This document shows positions 1 through 8,486 of a DNA stretch of 64,000 nucleotides, one piece after another; the stretch's first letter is position 1; every line of letters starts with the position of its first letter. The translations under genes and the position numbers were made by a program. Source of the DNA: Methanolobus sp. (GTDB lineage Archaea; Halobacteriota; Methanosarcinia; Methanosarcinales; Methanosarcinaceae); assembly GCA_030154025.1 (NCBI GenBank), contig JASKKT010000002.1, forward strand, positions 4,958-68,957, in the 5' to 3' direction. Under the pieces are notes generated by a model. It did no database searches. It saw nothing but the letters and a program-made list of their open reading frames with translations, and had not been told where the DNA came from.

Positions 1-203
1 TCCTGTTTGAATATCTTCTGTATACCAAACTCAGTAATGACCGCAGCCAGCACGGCTGCAAGTATGATAGCAAGGGCCGGTATGCCAAAGAAATATACCG
101 ATGCAAGAGATACAGGGATAAGGGCCAGTATCTTGGCTGTATTGATCGATCTGAAACTAATACCTGATTTTATGTGTGGTGGAGCTGAAATTGTGTAGCC
201 CAT
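1..203 (-). CDS. rnfD: Rnf complex subunit D (RnfD), N-terminal fragment; the gene runs off the window start
   Basis: Minus-strand ATG at 203-201, one nt after the rnfC stop. Translation MGYTISAPPHIKSGISFRSINTAKILALIPVSLASVYFFG... resembles RnfD/NqrB N-termini. Its position after rnfC matches the rnfCDGEAB order. Confidence 0.8.
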   Translation of the reverse strand, partial: MGYTISAPPHIKSGISFRSINTAKILALIPVSLASVYFFGIPALAIILAAVLAAVITEFGIQKIFKQ

Positions 204-204
204 G

Positions 205-1560
205 TTACTCACCTCCGCAGCATCCAACTTTCAGGTTGGACGATTCCTTCGGAATGGCGTCCTCATATGCATTCTCAATTGCACTCTTTGCATACCTGAT
301 AAGCTGCAGTATGTGTATCTTAGACGGACAGGCAAAAGAACACCTGCCGCATTCTATACAGAATTGGATATGCATCTGACGGCATTCATCAAAGCGACCC
401 TGGTTCGCCAGCACAGCAAGCCGGGTAGGCAGCAGGGAAACAGGACATGCATCCACGCAGCGTGCACAATGGATACATGCCAGGGACTCATCACGAAGGA
501 CCTGTTCTTTGGTCAGCAGTGTGATCCTGGTGGTTCCCTTGGTTACCGGGACCTCATCCGTATATTGTGCAACACCGGTAATGACGCCATTTGCAACGAT
601 CTTGCCGATCTCTCCGTTGAAATTACACTCCTCTATGATATCCCTGAAGGGAGTGCCTATCCTGACCAGCATGAAATTGGGACAGTCCACGTCCCCTTCC
701 AGGGTTATGACAGTCTCATAGTAAGGCTTGCCTTCATGCACAGCATCATAGAGTGCCTTTGCGGATTTGACCCCGCATACTGCAACCCCCACGTCTGTCG
801 GGTTGCAGCCCACGGGAACCTTGCGCCCTGTGACGTTGTGAGTGAAGAAGCTAAGAATGTTCTTACCATATATCCGCTCCTGGGATGCAACAATGATATT
901 TGAGCCCTGGTCCTTGAAATAGTGGCCCAGACGGCGTGTACCAAGAAGCGGGGCTACCTTGAGGGTCTTGCCATTAACCTGGACTCCCTCGAAAGCCTCA
1001 ATGGATTCCTTATCATCTTTTCTTAGAATGATGGCACCTTTTGCAGCTCCTGAGGCTTTGATCAGCAGCTTCAGTGCATCCAGCATCTGGGTGGCATACT
1101 CCCTGGGAGTTGCATACTTGCCACCGATCCATTCGGAGGCAGTGGCATTTATAAGGACAAGGTCTATTTTCTTCCCTTCAGGCCTGATCACTGTATGGGT
1201 GGGTGCGCCATAGTGCTCCACAATGCCTGCATCCCGCATAATGGCTATGAGCTCTTCAGATGAAGGATTCTGTTTAGGCACGAAAGCAACCGTTTCCTGC
1301 GAGTCGGTGGTCTTTATTATTACACTTAGCACCTTGTTACCGTCAGGATTGGGGGCATCTTCGATGGCAACTACCTCACCGCATACGCTGGAGTGCACAT
1401 CAGAAGAATTATAGGAGACTGACTCCCCTATCTTCTGGCCGATAAGCACCTGATCGCCCTTTTTCACCAGAGACTTGCAAACCGTGCCTCGGTGCTGTTT
1501 TAAGGGAATAACTACCTGTTCCGGTATCTTCTTTAATCTTTTACTTTCCACGATGATCAC
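205..1560 (-). CDS. rnfC: Rnf complex subunit C (RnfC), 451 aa
   Basis: Two ferredoxin-type motifs, CIHCARCVDACP and CIECGRCSFACP, lie in the C-terminal part. Length and layout are RnfC-like, and the gene sits between mmcA and rnfD. Confidence 0.9.
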   Translation of the reverse strand: MIIVESKRLKKIPEQVVIPLKQHRGTVCKSLVKKGDQVLIGQKIGESVSYNSSDVHSSVCGEVVAIEDAPNPDGNKVLSVIIKTTDSQETVAFVPKQNPSSEELIAIMRDAGIVEHYGAPTHTVIRPEGKKIDLVLINATASEWIGGKYATPREYATQMLDALKLLIKASGAAKGAIILRKDDKESIEAFEGVQVNGKTLKVAPLLGTRRLGHYFKDQGSNIIVASQERIYGKNILSFFTHNVTGRKVPVGCNPTDVGVAVCGVKSAKALYDAVHEGKPYYETVITLEGDVDCPNFMLVRIGTPFRDIIEECNFNGEIGKIVANGVITGVAQYTDEVPVTKGTTRITLLTKEQVLRDESLACIHCARCVDACPVSLLPTRLAVLANQGRFDECRQMHIQFCIECGRCSFACPSKIHILQLIRYAKSAIENAYEDAIPKESSNLKVGCCGGE

Positions 1561-1561
1561 C

Positions 1562-3043
1562 TCAGAATGCCGGCTCCCTCTGGATCTCTGTTGGTCTCTG
1601 GCCGGGTATCGTCACATCGATGTCCCTGTCAGAAAGATCATTGTCAGCTCCTGCAGGATCTGTTTCATACCCCAGGGCCTGCCAGTCGATTGCAGTTGCT
1701 GTTACACCATGGCAGTCACCACATCCGAGCGGCTGCGCAAGTCCGGTGGTAGAGCTTGCAACATTGTGACTTACCGGGAAGTACATTTCCACTGTCCTGA
1801 GAACTGCGTTGGGATAGTCGGCCTCGCCGTCACCGTCTGCATCGAAGGATCTTATCTCCTCCTCTGTAACTGTGCCGTCATTATCTGTATCAGCTCTCTG
1901 CACGTGTGCCGGCAATATTGGATTGCCTATTGCAGAACTGTTGTTTGGATCTGCGACCGCTGGGTCGTTGCCCTCATCCCACCAGGTGCCGGTTATCACG
2001 TTGAAAGGTCTCAGTATGGCATTGGTAGAGTCACTGCTGCCGTTAACAGGAAGGCGGTCATAGTAAGTACCATCATACCATGCAAGCACCGGGGTGAACG
2101 TAGAATCATGGGTCACCACTTCACGAACGCCGTTAGCCCAGCTGAATTCCCTTATTGGGGACTCGCCTGATATCTCCCCTCCGGGAAGAGCCGGTATGTG
2201 GCATGACTCGCAGCTCACTGTTGCAAGATGTCCGTCCGTCATTGCACCATGCGATATACCTGCATGGCATCCGACGGAATCACAGCTCCGTACCCCTCCC
2301 TCGAATGCCTCATGCATTTCCTCGGGGGCGTTGAGCAGTTCCTTGCGTCCGATCTGGTGATCCTCAGTGGCATGGCACTCATAGCAGCTCACATTCGCGT
2401 GAACATCATACTGGGCATAATCAGGGGAAGTCCATGTAACTGCAGTGGTGGAAACTTCGCTTACATGGCAGTTGGCGCACAGTTCCTTCCTTGGAGCACC
2501 ATTCACATGATCGTGTATCTCAGTGACGATGGGAAGGGGCGTAAGCACATCAAGCATGTAGCTCAGGACATAAAGAGGACTCTGTTGTGCATGGGTTCTT
2601 GCCTCATCAAGGGCTGCATCAGTCGCCACTTCAATATCACCGGCACTGATAGCTCCTGCACGTGCATGGAAATCATAAAGCCCGTTCTGTTCATGGCATA
2701 CCATACAGTCTATATCCATACCATACTCCGCCATGTACCCACCTCCTGGATGCACCTGGCCGTATGTGGTTGCCCTGGCATCACCCTGAATGCTTCCGGC
2801 AAGGACGCCGTATTCCATTATAGAGGTCCACTGGGCAAGGTCCTGCTGTACATGATATGACCTGGAAACTTCGTCGTACATCCCAATGTGACAGCCTGCA
2901 CAGGAACTATCAGACCATTCCTGCTGTGTCATATAATGAACAGCCATTACATCGTTGCCACTATAGCCAACGTAAGCATATACGCCAGCTGCGGCAAACA
3001 TGAAAACAAGGATTGCAATTAAGACCGTGTTCAATTTAGACAT
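1562..3043 (-). CDS. mmcA: Membrane-anchored multihaem c-type cytochrome (MmcA-like), 7 predicted haem sites
   Basis: Hydrophobic N-terminal anchor. Six CxxCH motifs (CAGCH, CMVCH, CANCH, CYECH, CESCH, CGDCH) plus one CxxxxCH (CDSVGCH). It lies directly upstream of rnfC, as in Methanosarcina acetivorans. I prefer the ATG at 3043, preceded by GTGAGG, over the GTG at 3055. Confidence 0.85.
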   Translation of the reverse strand: MSKLNTVLIAILVFMFAAAGVYAYVGYSGNDVMAVHYMTQQEWSDSSCAGCHIGMYDEVSRSYHVQQDLAQWTSIMEYGVLAGSIQGDARATTYGQVHPGGGYMAEYGMDIDCMVCHEQNGLYDFHARAGAISAGDIEVATDAALDEARTHAQQSPLYVLSYMLDVLTPLPIVTEIHDHVNGAPRKELCANCHVSEVSTTAVTWTSPDYAQYDVHANVSCYECHATEDHQIGRKELLNAPEEMHEAFEGGVRSCDSVGCHAGISHGAMTDGHLATVSCESCHIPALPGGEISGESPIREFSWANGVREVVTHDSTFTPVLAWYDGTYYDRLPVNGSSDSTNAILRPFNVITGTWWDEGNDPAVADPNNSSAIGNPILPAHVQRADTDNDGTVTEEEIRSFDADGDGEADYPNAVLRTVEMYFPVSHNVASSTTGLAQPLGCGDCHGVTATAIDWQALGYETDPAGADNDLSDRDIDVTIPGQRPTEIQREPAF

Positions 3044-3051
3044 AAATAACC

Positions 3052-3465
3052 TCACTGTTCTTTCGCTTGAGCCACTTCCTCGAGTTCCTTGAGAACAATA
3101 CCAATCGCATTACGCAGGTTCTGTTCACTGGTTATTTTCATTTCATCTGACACGTATGCGCTGATCTCGAAAGATTTACGGACAACCCTTACATTGAAGT
3201 CGAAGAATTTATCCATCAGTCCTTTTTTAGGCGTGTAGCCATAAAAATCCACATCCATATGGTTACCAAGGACATTCGCCCTGAGCTCTATCTTATCAAG
3301 GGGCGAACCAGGCTTAACATATATGATAGTGTGCCTTGAAGAAGCGAAGTGCTTCTCTATACCTCTCCAGCCATACTCTTCCATTAACTGATGAAGTGCA
3401 ACAATCAGGTATCTGTCCTTACTTGAATTGCCACCAGTTCCTGTTTTTACATCCGGGCTCTTCAT
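3052..3465 (-). CDS. Hypothetical soluble protein (137 aa), first gene of the mmcA-rnf transcription unit
   Basis: Clean ORF whose stop lies 8 nt before the mmcA ATG. It has no Cys, no TM segment and no motif I recognise. Confidence 0.55.
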   Translation of the reverse strand: MKSPDVKTGTGGNSSKDRYLIVALHQLMEEYGWRGIEKHFASSRHTIIYVKPGSPLDKIELRANVLGNHMDVDFYGYTPKKGLMDKFFDFNVRVVRKSFEISAYVSDEMKITSEQNLRNAIGIVLKELEEVAQAKEQ

Positions 3466-3545
3466 TATGATTACTTCCTGCAGATAAACCGTATAACAAA
3501 TATCGATATGCCAGAAACTCGATTGAGTTTACTCTACCGTCGTGC

Positions 3546-3562
3546 ATATATATTAATTATAT
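3546..3562 (+). promoter_or_regulatory. Putative TATA-box region for apbE (short or no leader)
   Basis: ATATATATTAATTATAT is centred about 24 nt upstream of the apbE ATG (3576), in the divergent spacer shared with the mmcA-rnf unit. Confidence 0.35.
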
Positions 3563-3575
3563 CTTTTCATACGGT

Positions 3576-4595
3576 ATGAAGTATAAAACAGTTGCCATTG
3601 TCATAGTAGTGACTTTTATGGCATTACTTGTCGTGAACTACATGCCCTCTTCCGGTCCGGAGGGGCCTGACACTCTGGAGACCTATAGCAGTACCAGAAG
3701 TATAATGGATACGACTGTTACTATCACAGTACTCGGACACGATGAAGAGCTGGCGCATGAGTCCATTGAGAAGGCATTTGGGAGAATAGAGTATGTGGAT
3801 GCCCTCATGAACAACTATGATAATAGCAGTGACCTGAGCGTGCTTAACCGACAGGGATATATCACAGATGCAAATCCGGACCTGGTCTATGTGATAAACA
3901 GATCTGCCTACTATTCAGAGACCAGTAAGGGAGCCTTTGATATTTCCATACAGCCGCTGCTGGACCTGTGGAAGAGCAAGTTCAGTCCCGGAGGCACTAA
4001 TGCACCACCCACTGGAGAAGAGATCAATGAGACCCTGAAACTTGTCGATCATTCTGCCATCACCATAGAGAACAGGAACATAACTCTTGGGGAGGGTATG
4101 GAGCTTACCCTGGGAGGAGTGGCAAAGGGATATGCGGTGGACCTGGCGGTGGAATCGCTCCTGGAGGATGGGATCGAGTCAGGATTTGTCAATGCCGGTG
4201 GTGACGGGAGATACATAGGCACAAAGGCAGGAAGTATTCCCTGGAAAGTAGGACTGCAGAACCCGGAGAGGAGTGAAGAGGCGATCGCAGTGATGGACAT
4301 TGAGGACATGGCAGTTGCAACCAGTGGCAACTACGAGCGCTATTTCAACGAGGCAGCAAAAGTCTCCCATATATCCGACCCGCGGACAGGATACCCTTCA
4401 CAGAGTCTCATGAGTGCAACTGTTATTGCAGGCAGCGCCATGGATGCGGATGCCTTTGCAACAGCACTGTTCGTCCTGGGCGAGGAAGACGGAATGGAAG
4501 TGATAGAGAATCTTGACGGAGTGGAGTGCCTCATAATCACTGCAGATAAGAGGATAATCCGCTCAAGCGGATTCTCACAATACGAGAGCCAGTGA
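3576..4595 (+). CDS. apbE: ApbE-family FAD:protein FMN transferase
   Basis: 339 aa with an N-terminal TM anchor. Typical ApbE blocks are present (FDISIQPLLDLW, LGGVAKGYAVD, VATSGNYERYF, DADAFATALFVLG). Confidence 0.9.
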   Translation: MKYKTVAIVIVVTFMALLVVNYMPSSGPEGPDTLETYSSTRSIMDTTVTITVLGHDEELAHESIEKAFGRIEYVDALMNNYDNSSDLSVLNRQGYITDANPDLVYVINRSAYYSETSKGAFDISIQPLLDLWKSKFSPGGTNAPPTGEEINETLKLVDHSAITIENRNITLGEGMELTLGGVAKGYAVDLAVESLLEDGIESGFVNAGGDGRYIGTKAGSIPWKVGLQNPERSEEAIAVMDIEDMAVATSGNYERYFNEAAKVSHISDPRTGYPSQSLMSATVIAGSAMDADAFATALFVLGEEDGMEVIENLDGVECLIITADKRIIRSSGFSQYESQ

Positions 4596-4617
4596 AGGAA
4601 AATTTAATTGGGAGAGC

Positions 4618-5172
4618 TTACTTCAGCCGGACCTCGTGCAGTGTATCATAAAGAGGGCCTTCCGGGGTAAGCGTGCTCCTTTTGAGCCGTATAGCATCTG
4701 CCTGCATGGTTCCGATGTCGGTGTCCTTCAGCTCCTCGATCAACTGAAGGAACTTTTCCTTATTCTTTTTTGGAAGGTACTTTACCCTTGCCAGAGTTGC
4801 ATGGGCATTAAAGTCATGAGAGTCTTTCTTGAAACCAAACGACGATAGCGATTCCTCGACAAGACGGTGCAGTTCATCGAAGTTTCCTTCACAGCCAATC
4901 CAGACAACTTTTGCGAACTTTGGCTTGGGGAATGCTCCCACTCCACGAAGGGATACCTCAAAAGGAGCATATGAGATCCCATCCATGGCTTTTGCAATAT
5001 CATCTATCTGCTCTTCGGGCACTTCTCCCAGGAACTTCATGGTAATATGAACAAGAGAAGGATCTACGAACTTGAACTTGAAATCGTCGAATCTGGACTG
5101 TATTTCCGCAATCTTAGAATGCAACTCCTCCGGCAGGTCCACTGCAATAAAGGTCCTCACCAAACCTATCAC
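4618..5172 (-). CDS. thpR: RNA 2',3'-cyclic phosphodiesterase / 2H phosphoesterase (LigT/ThpR)
   Basis: 184 aa with the two HxT/S motifs of the 2H superfamily (HITMKF and HATLAR) at the expected spacing. Confidence 0.85.
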   Translation of the reverse strand: MIGLVRTFIAVDLPEELHSKIAEIQSRFDDFKFKFVDPSLVHITMKFLGEVPEEQIDDIAKAMDGISYAPFEVSLRGVGAFPKPKFAKVVWIGCEGNFDELHRLVEESLSSFGFKKDSHDFNAHATLARVKYLPKKNKEKFLQLIEELKDTDIGTMQADAIRLKRSTLTPEGPLYDTLHEVRLK

Positions 5173-5284
5173 CTATGGTCATTTGATGCAGTGGCTTAAA
5201 TTCTTGACGCTGGGAGACAAGTTTTTATTTATAATGAGAGATATTATATATAGCTGGTTCAAAACGACATCACTGAGGGGAAAA

Positions 5285-6181
5285 ATGGACAATATCAGAT
5301 CAGTTGTAAAAGCGGCAATCAGACTTGCTGAGGATTTGGGATCCACCGCCATTATCATTTCCGGTGATGTTGATCAGGACGATGTCAGAACGGAAGTACC
5401 TGTCTTCTTTACATCCCGCCGCCCAAAGAGCATCATCGATCACCTGGTCGCAACCAGTAAGGGCAGGGAAGAGAAACTCAAAGAGATAACTGACAGGATA
5501 GCACAGCAGGCCACCAGCAGGATAGACCAGATAGAGAATGCATCTGCTGTCGAGCATATGCTTGGTGAACTCAAAGAGGGCCTTGTTGTAGGGATTATCG
5601 AGACTGCCGATTCCAGCGCCATTGTCGTCCATGAACTGGGGGAGAACCCGCTGGTGAAAGCTCTGAAGACCTGCGAGGAGAGAGTTCTGCCCGATGTGAT
5701 GCAGGCGGTGCTCAAGATCGCCTTTGATATAGCCAATATGGGCAGAGAGGGAAAGCAGGTGGGTACGGCTTTCATCCTGGGAGACGTAGAGGAAGTTATG
5801 ATCCGTTCACACCAGATAATCCTCAACCCCTACGCAGGTCATAGAGATCAGGACAGGGATGTCCTTAACCGTAACAACTGGGAATCCGTAAAGGAATTTG
5901 CACAACTTGATGGTGTGTTTGTGATATCCGAGGACGGGAAGATGGAAGCCGCAGGAAGGTACCTGGATGTGGATGCCAGGGACATCAGGCTGGACAAGGG
6001 CCTTGGAGGGAGGCACGTTTCAGCAGCCGCCATAACCAGGGACACCGTCTCCATAGCCATCACGGTCTCGGAATCCGGCGGAGTCATTCACGTCTACATG
6101 GACGGAAAGGAACTTATGGCCATAGAGTCAACGGAAAGGGCAAAGTGCTTCAATCCGTCCAATAACAGTATAACACTTTAA
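5285..6181 (+). CDS. dacZ: Diadenylate cyclase (archaeal DacZ type)
   Basis: The C-terminal DAC/DisA_N domain carries DGVFVISEDGKMEAAGRYL and GGRHVSAAAIT. The ATG at 5285 (MDNIRSVV...) avoids the overlap with thpR that the 5072 start would create. Confidence 0.8.
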   Translation: MDNIRSVVKAAIRLAEDLGSTAIIISGDVDQDDVRTEVPVFFTSRRPKSIIDHLVATSKGREEKLKEITDRIAQQATSRIDQIENASAVEHMLGELKEGLVVGIIETADSSAIVVHELGENPLVKALKTCEERVLPDVMQAVLKIAFDIANMGREGKQVGTAFILGDVEEVMIRSHQIILNPYAGHRDQDRDVLNRNNWESVKEFAQLDGVFVISEDGKMEAAGRYLDVDARDIRLDKGLGGRHVSAAAITRDTVSIAITVSESGGVIHVYMDGKELMAIESTERAKCFNPSNNSITL

Positions 6182-6183
6182 AA

Positions 6184-6217
6184 GAAAAAAAATGCCGGCA
6201 GGATGCCGGACTTTTTT
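6184..6217. terminator. Bidirectional hairpin terminator between convergent dacZ and the transporter gene
   Basis: A9-tract, then a perfect 6-bp stem CCGGCA/TGCCGG (6195-6200 / 6204-6209) with a GGA loop, then a T6-tract. It reads as hairpin plus oligo-T on both strands. Confidence 0.55.
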
Positions 6218-6233
6218 ACAATTTTCTTTGTCT

Positions 6234-6806
6234 TTAGTACCAGATCTTGATCTTGCCGACTTCGTCCATGACCAGTGCAGTTGCAAGGTAGAGTGCTGCA
6301 AGACCAACGAGGAGGGTTATTGCTCCTGCAATGACCAGTGGCAGTACTCCGAAGAACGCAGCTGCGAGGCTGAAGAAAGTCAGGTCAAGCAGTATGAATA
6401 CAAGGGTAATTCCTTTTACACCGATCTTTAGTGTGACTATTGTCAGCATAGTTGCAATAATGCCCCATATGAGGGTGAAGAATCCCATAGAGGTTCCACT
6501 TGCGGCTTCCATCGGAGCACCCCAGAGTCCGGCAGGGGCGAGGTTGATGTATGAGAAACCGAGCCACCAGAGACCGAAGATGGTGAATGCTGTGCCACCA
6601 AAGGTGTCTCCTTTCTTCCAGAGCTGCCAGCCTGCGATCAGTTCGGAGAATCCCCCGAGGAATATTGCCATTGCAATTACTACCAGTGCGTCACTGAACA
6701 TGCCCATGTTCATGAGCCCAGCAAATGTTGCTGCGAAACCCAGTCCGTAGAAACCTGTTGCTGCCGGGCTTGCAGTCCTGTCTTTTAAAATTACTTCTCC
6801 ATCCAT
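6234..6806 (-). CDS. GPR1/FUN34/YaaH-family (SatP/AceP-type) carboxylate/acetate channel
   Basis: 190 aa with six hydrophobic segments. Family-like N-terminal block SPAATGFYGLGFAATF, and the Gly/Trp-rich helices typical of the family. Confidence 0.65.
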   Translation of the reverse strand: MDGEVILKDRTASPAATGFYGLGFAATFAGLMNMGMFSDALVVIAMAIFLGGFSELIAGWQLWKKGDTFGGTAFTIFGLWWLGFSYINLAPAGLWGAPMEAASGTSMGFFTLIWGIIATMLTIVTLKIGVKGITLVFILLDLTFFSLAAAFFGVLPLVIAGAITLLVGLAALYLATALVMDEVGKIKIWY

Positions 6807-7347
6807 AGTTAATCACTTCCCTAACATATTTTTTAATAATTATCATCATTTAATGATAATTAAGATATAACTGATATCAAAGGTCTGTAAAACAAACAAC
6901 CTGCAAATAGTGTAACTTTATTGTGCTTATTAGTATCACTAAGTGTCTATCACCAATTCTACCATTTACACCTCCTGATAAGGACTTTGGCAGAGTAGTA
7001 TATATCCTTTTTGTTCTTTACCTAAAGATGAAGCGGACTTAATAAGCTTTTTTGCTTATTTGAGGCATTATAAGCCTTAAATAAGCAATTAAGTTCAGAT
7101 AACCGGCTTGATTTCAAAAAAAGCTCAATAGAAATCTTTATTATAAAAAGATAATATAGAGAGATAAATATAAATTTGAAAATTCTTCTGTCTGCATCAC
7201 TTGTGAATGATTCATGCACAACCTGCCCGAAAAGTTTATTAAGCACTGTTAAATAAATATATAAGACTCAGGGCCTGTGCATGGGGAGCAGGCAGAGTAT
7301 AGAAATCCCGTCAGACAGTGAGTATGTTCACTGGTACGAACACCGGA

Positions 7348-8388
7348 TCATATCCTGAACCGCAGGAGGGCAGCAATGCCCCCTAGTGCAAGAAGCTTGT
7401 GGCCCGGTTCGAATATCGTACTGAATATCACTATCCTTCCCTGGGAGTGCTCCACCGACTGCAGGAAAGAATCGATATCCCCTTTTTCCCTTTCCTCACG
7501 CAGGAACTCGTCAGCCACCAGCAGCGTCTCTATTGAACCATAATCCTGGGCAGCCCTGACCTCTTCTATCCCATAGGCAGCCTTTCCTTGTACAGCGATC
7601 TCCCTGAGCAGTTCGTCCATCAGTGTGGATTCCCTGGCTATTCTGGATTCCTCGGTTATCCTGTCCACTGCGCCTCTTCTGAGAACCTCCTGGAAACCGG
7701 ACATCCCGATGGACGAGGTATCCTCGACCAGCACCCTTGAAGCAAGTTCAGGCTGTCTGGACTGCAGGTACTTGATGAAATCCTCTTTAGTGAATCCCGG
7801 GCCTGAGATCACAATTGCCTCAGATCCCGGAGCTGCAGTAACCAGCTTCTCCACTATCTCGTGGAAGAATACGTCCCTGAGGGAACCTTCCCCCTTACCC
7901 GAGGACTGGCAGATGTGGGAGTACATCTCTATACCGTAATGCCGCACAAGACCGATGTCCGCATCACCTTCCTCCACAGCGACCAGCACCACCTTCGGAC
8001 GCTTTGAGGCTGCCTCTGCCTCATCTATGCGCTCAAGCTGATCTTTTTTCCATGTCTTGATAATGGACAGGTTCGTGCCTTCCTCAACATTGAATGTATG
8101 GTGCTGCCCCGTATCCATGCCCTGCTCAATGACCCCGTGGATCCTAAGCCTGTTGGAAAACCTGTGGAATTCCAGGCCCTCAACCCTCAGGCCAAGCCTC
8201 ACATTCACCTTCTCTGCCTTCTCCGGCCTCAGCTTATCACTTGCTGTGTCAGCCTTCCTTTTCGTCAGGGCAAATACCAGGTCACCATTCTCTATAATAT
8301 ACTTCAGATGCCACAGGTCATCAAGAGTTTCAGTTGTTACGGATATTTCGCCTTCGCGGCCTCTCATACTTCTGTTTGTGACGCGCAT
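7348..8388 (-). CDS. pelA: Pelota (Dom34 homologue), ribosome rescue factor
   Basis: 346 aa. The N-terminal block ETLDDLWHLKYII..GDLV and the eRF1-like central and C-terminal domains are typical of archaeal Pelota. Confidence 0.9.
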   Translation of the reverse strand: MRVTNRSMRGREGEISVTTETLDDLWHLKYIIENGDLVFALTKRKADTASDKLRPEKAEKVNVRLGLRVEGLEFHRFSNRLRIHGVIEQGMDTGQHHTFNVEEGTNLSIIKTWKKDQLERIDEAEAASKRPKVVLVAVEEGDADIGLVRHYGIEMYSHICQSSGKGEGSLRDVFFHEIVEKLVTAAPGSEAIVISGPGFTKEDFIKYLQSRQPELASRVLVEDTSSIGMSGFQEVLRRGAVDRITEESRIARESTLMDELLREIAVQGKAAYGIEEVRAAQDYGSIETLLVADEFLREEREKGDIDSFLQSVEHSQGRIVIFSTIFEPGHKLLALGGIAALLRFRI

Positions 8389-8486
8389 CGCAGCACCTGC
8401 TGATTATATTAATAACAATTTGGTATCAGGTATCCTGTCATTCAGAATCAATTATAGAGTAATGCGCAAGGTAGATATTAAAGACA

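Noticed and set aside
202-2860. Plus-strand ORFs (202-903, 1475-2170, 2228-2860) of 210-233 aa
   Set aside because: All three are shadow ORFs antisense to rnfC and mmcA. Those genes have clear Fe-S and haem motifs, and the shadows show no recognisable features.
5072-5284. The long N-terminal extension of the DacZ ORF (track start 5072)
   Set aside because: It would overlap the divergent thpR coding region by 100 nt, and the extension has no DacZ-like sequence. The internal ATG at 5285 gives a normal domain layout.
7022-7246. A 74-aa ORF in the AT-rich spacer
   Set aside because: Its Ile/Phe/Lys/Leu-rich translation is typical of random ORFs in AT-rich DNA. It has no ribosome-binding context and no motif.
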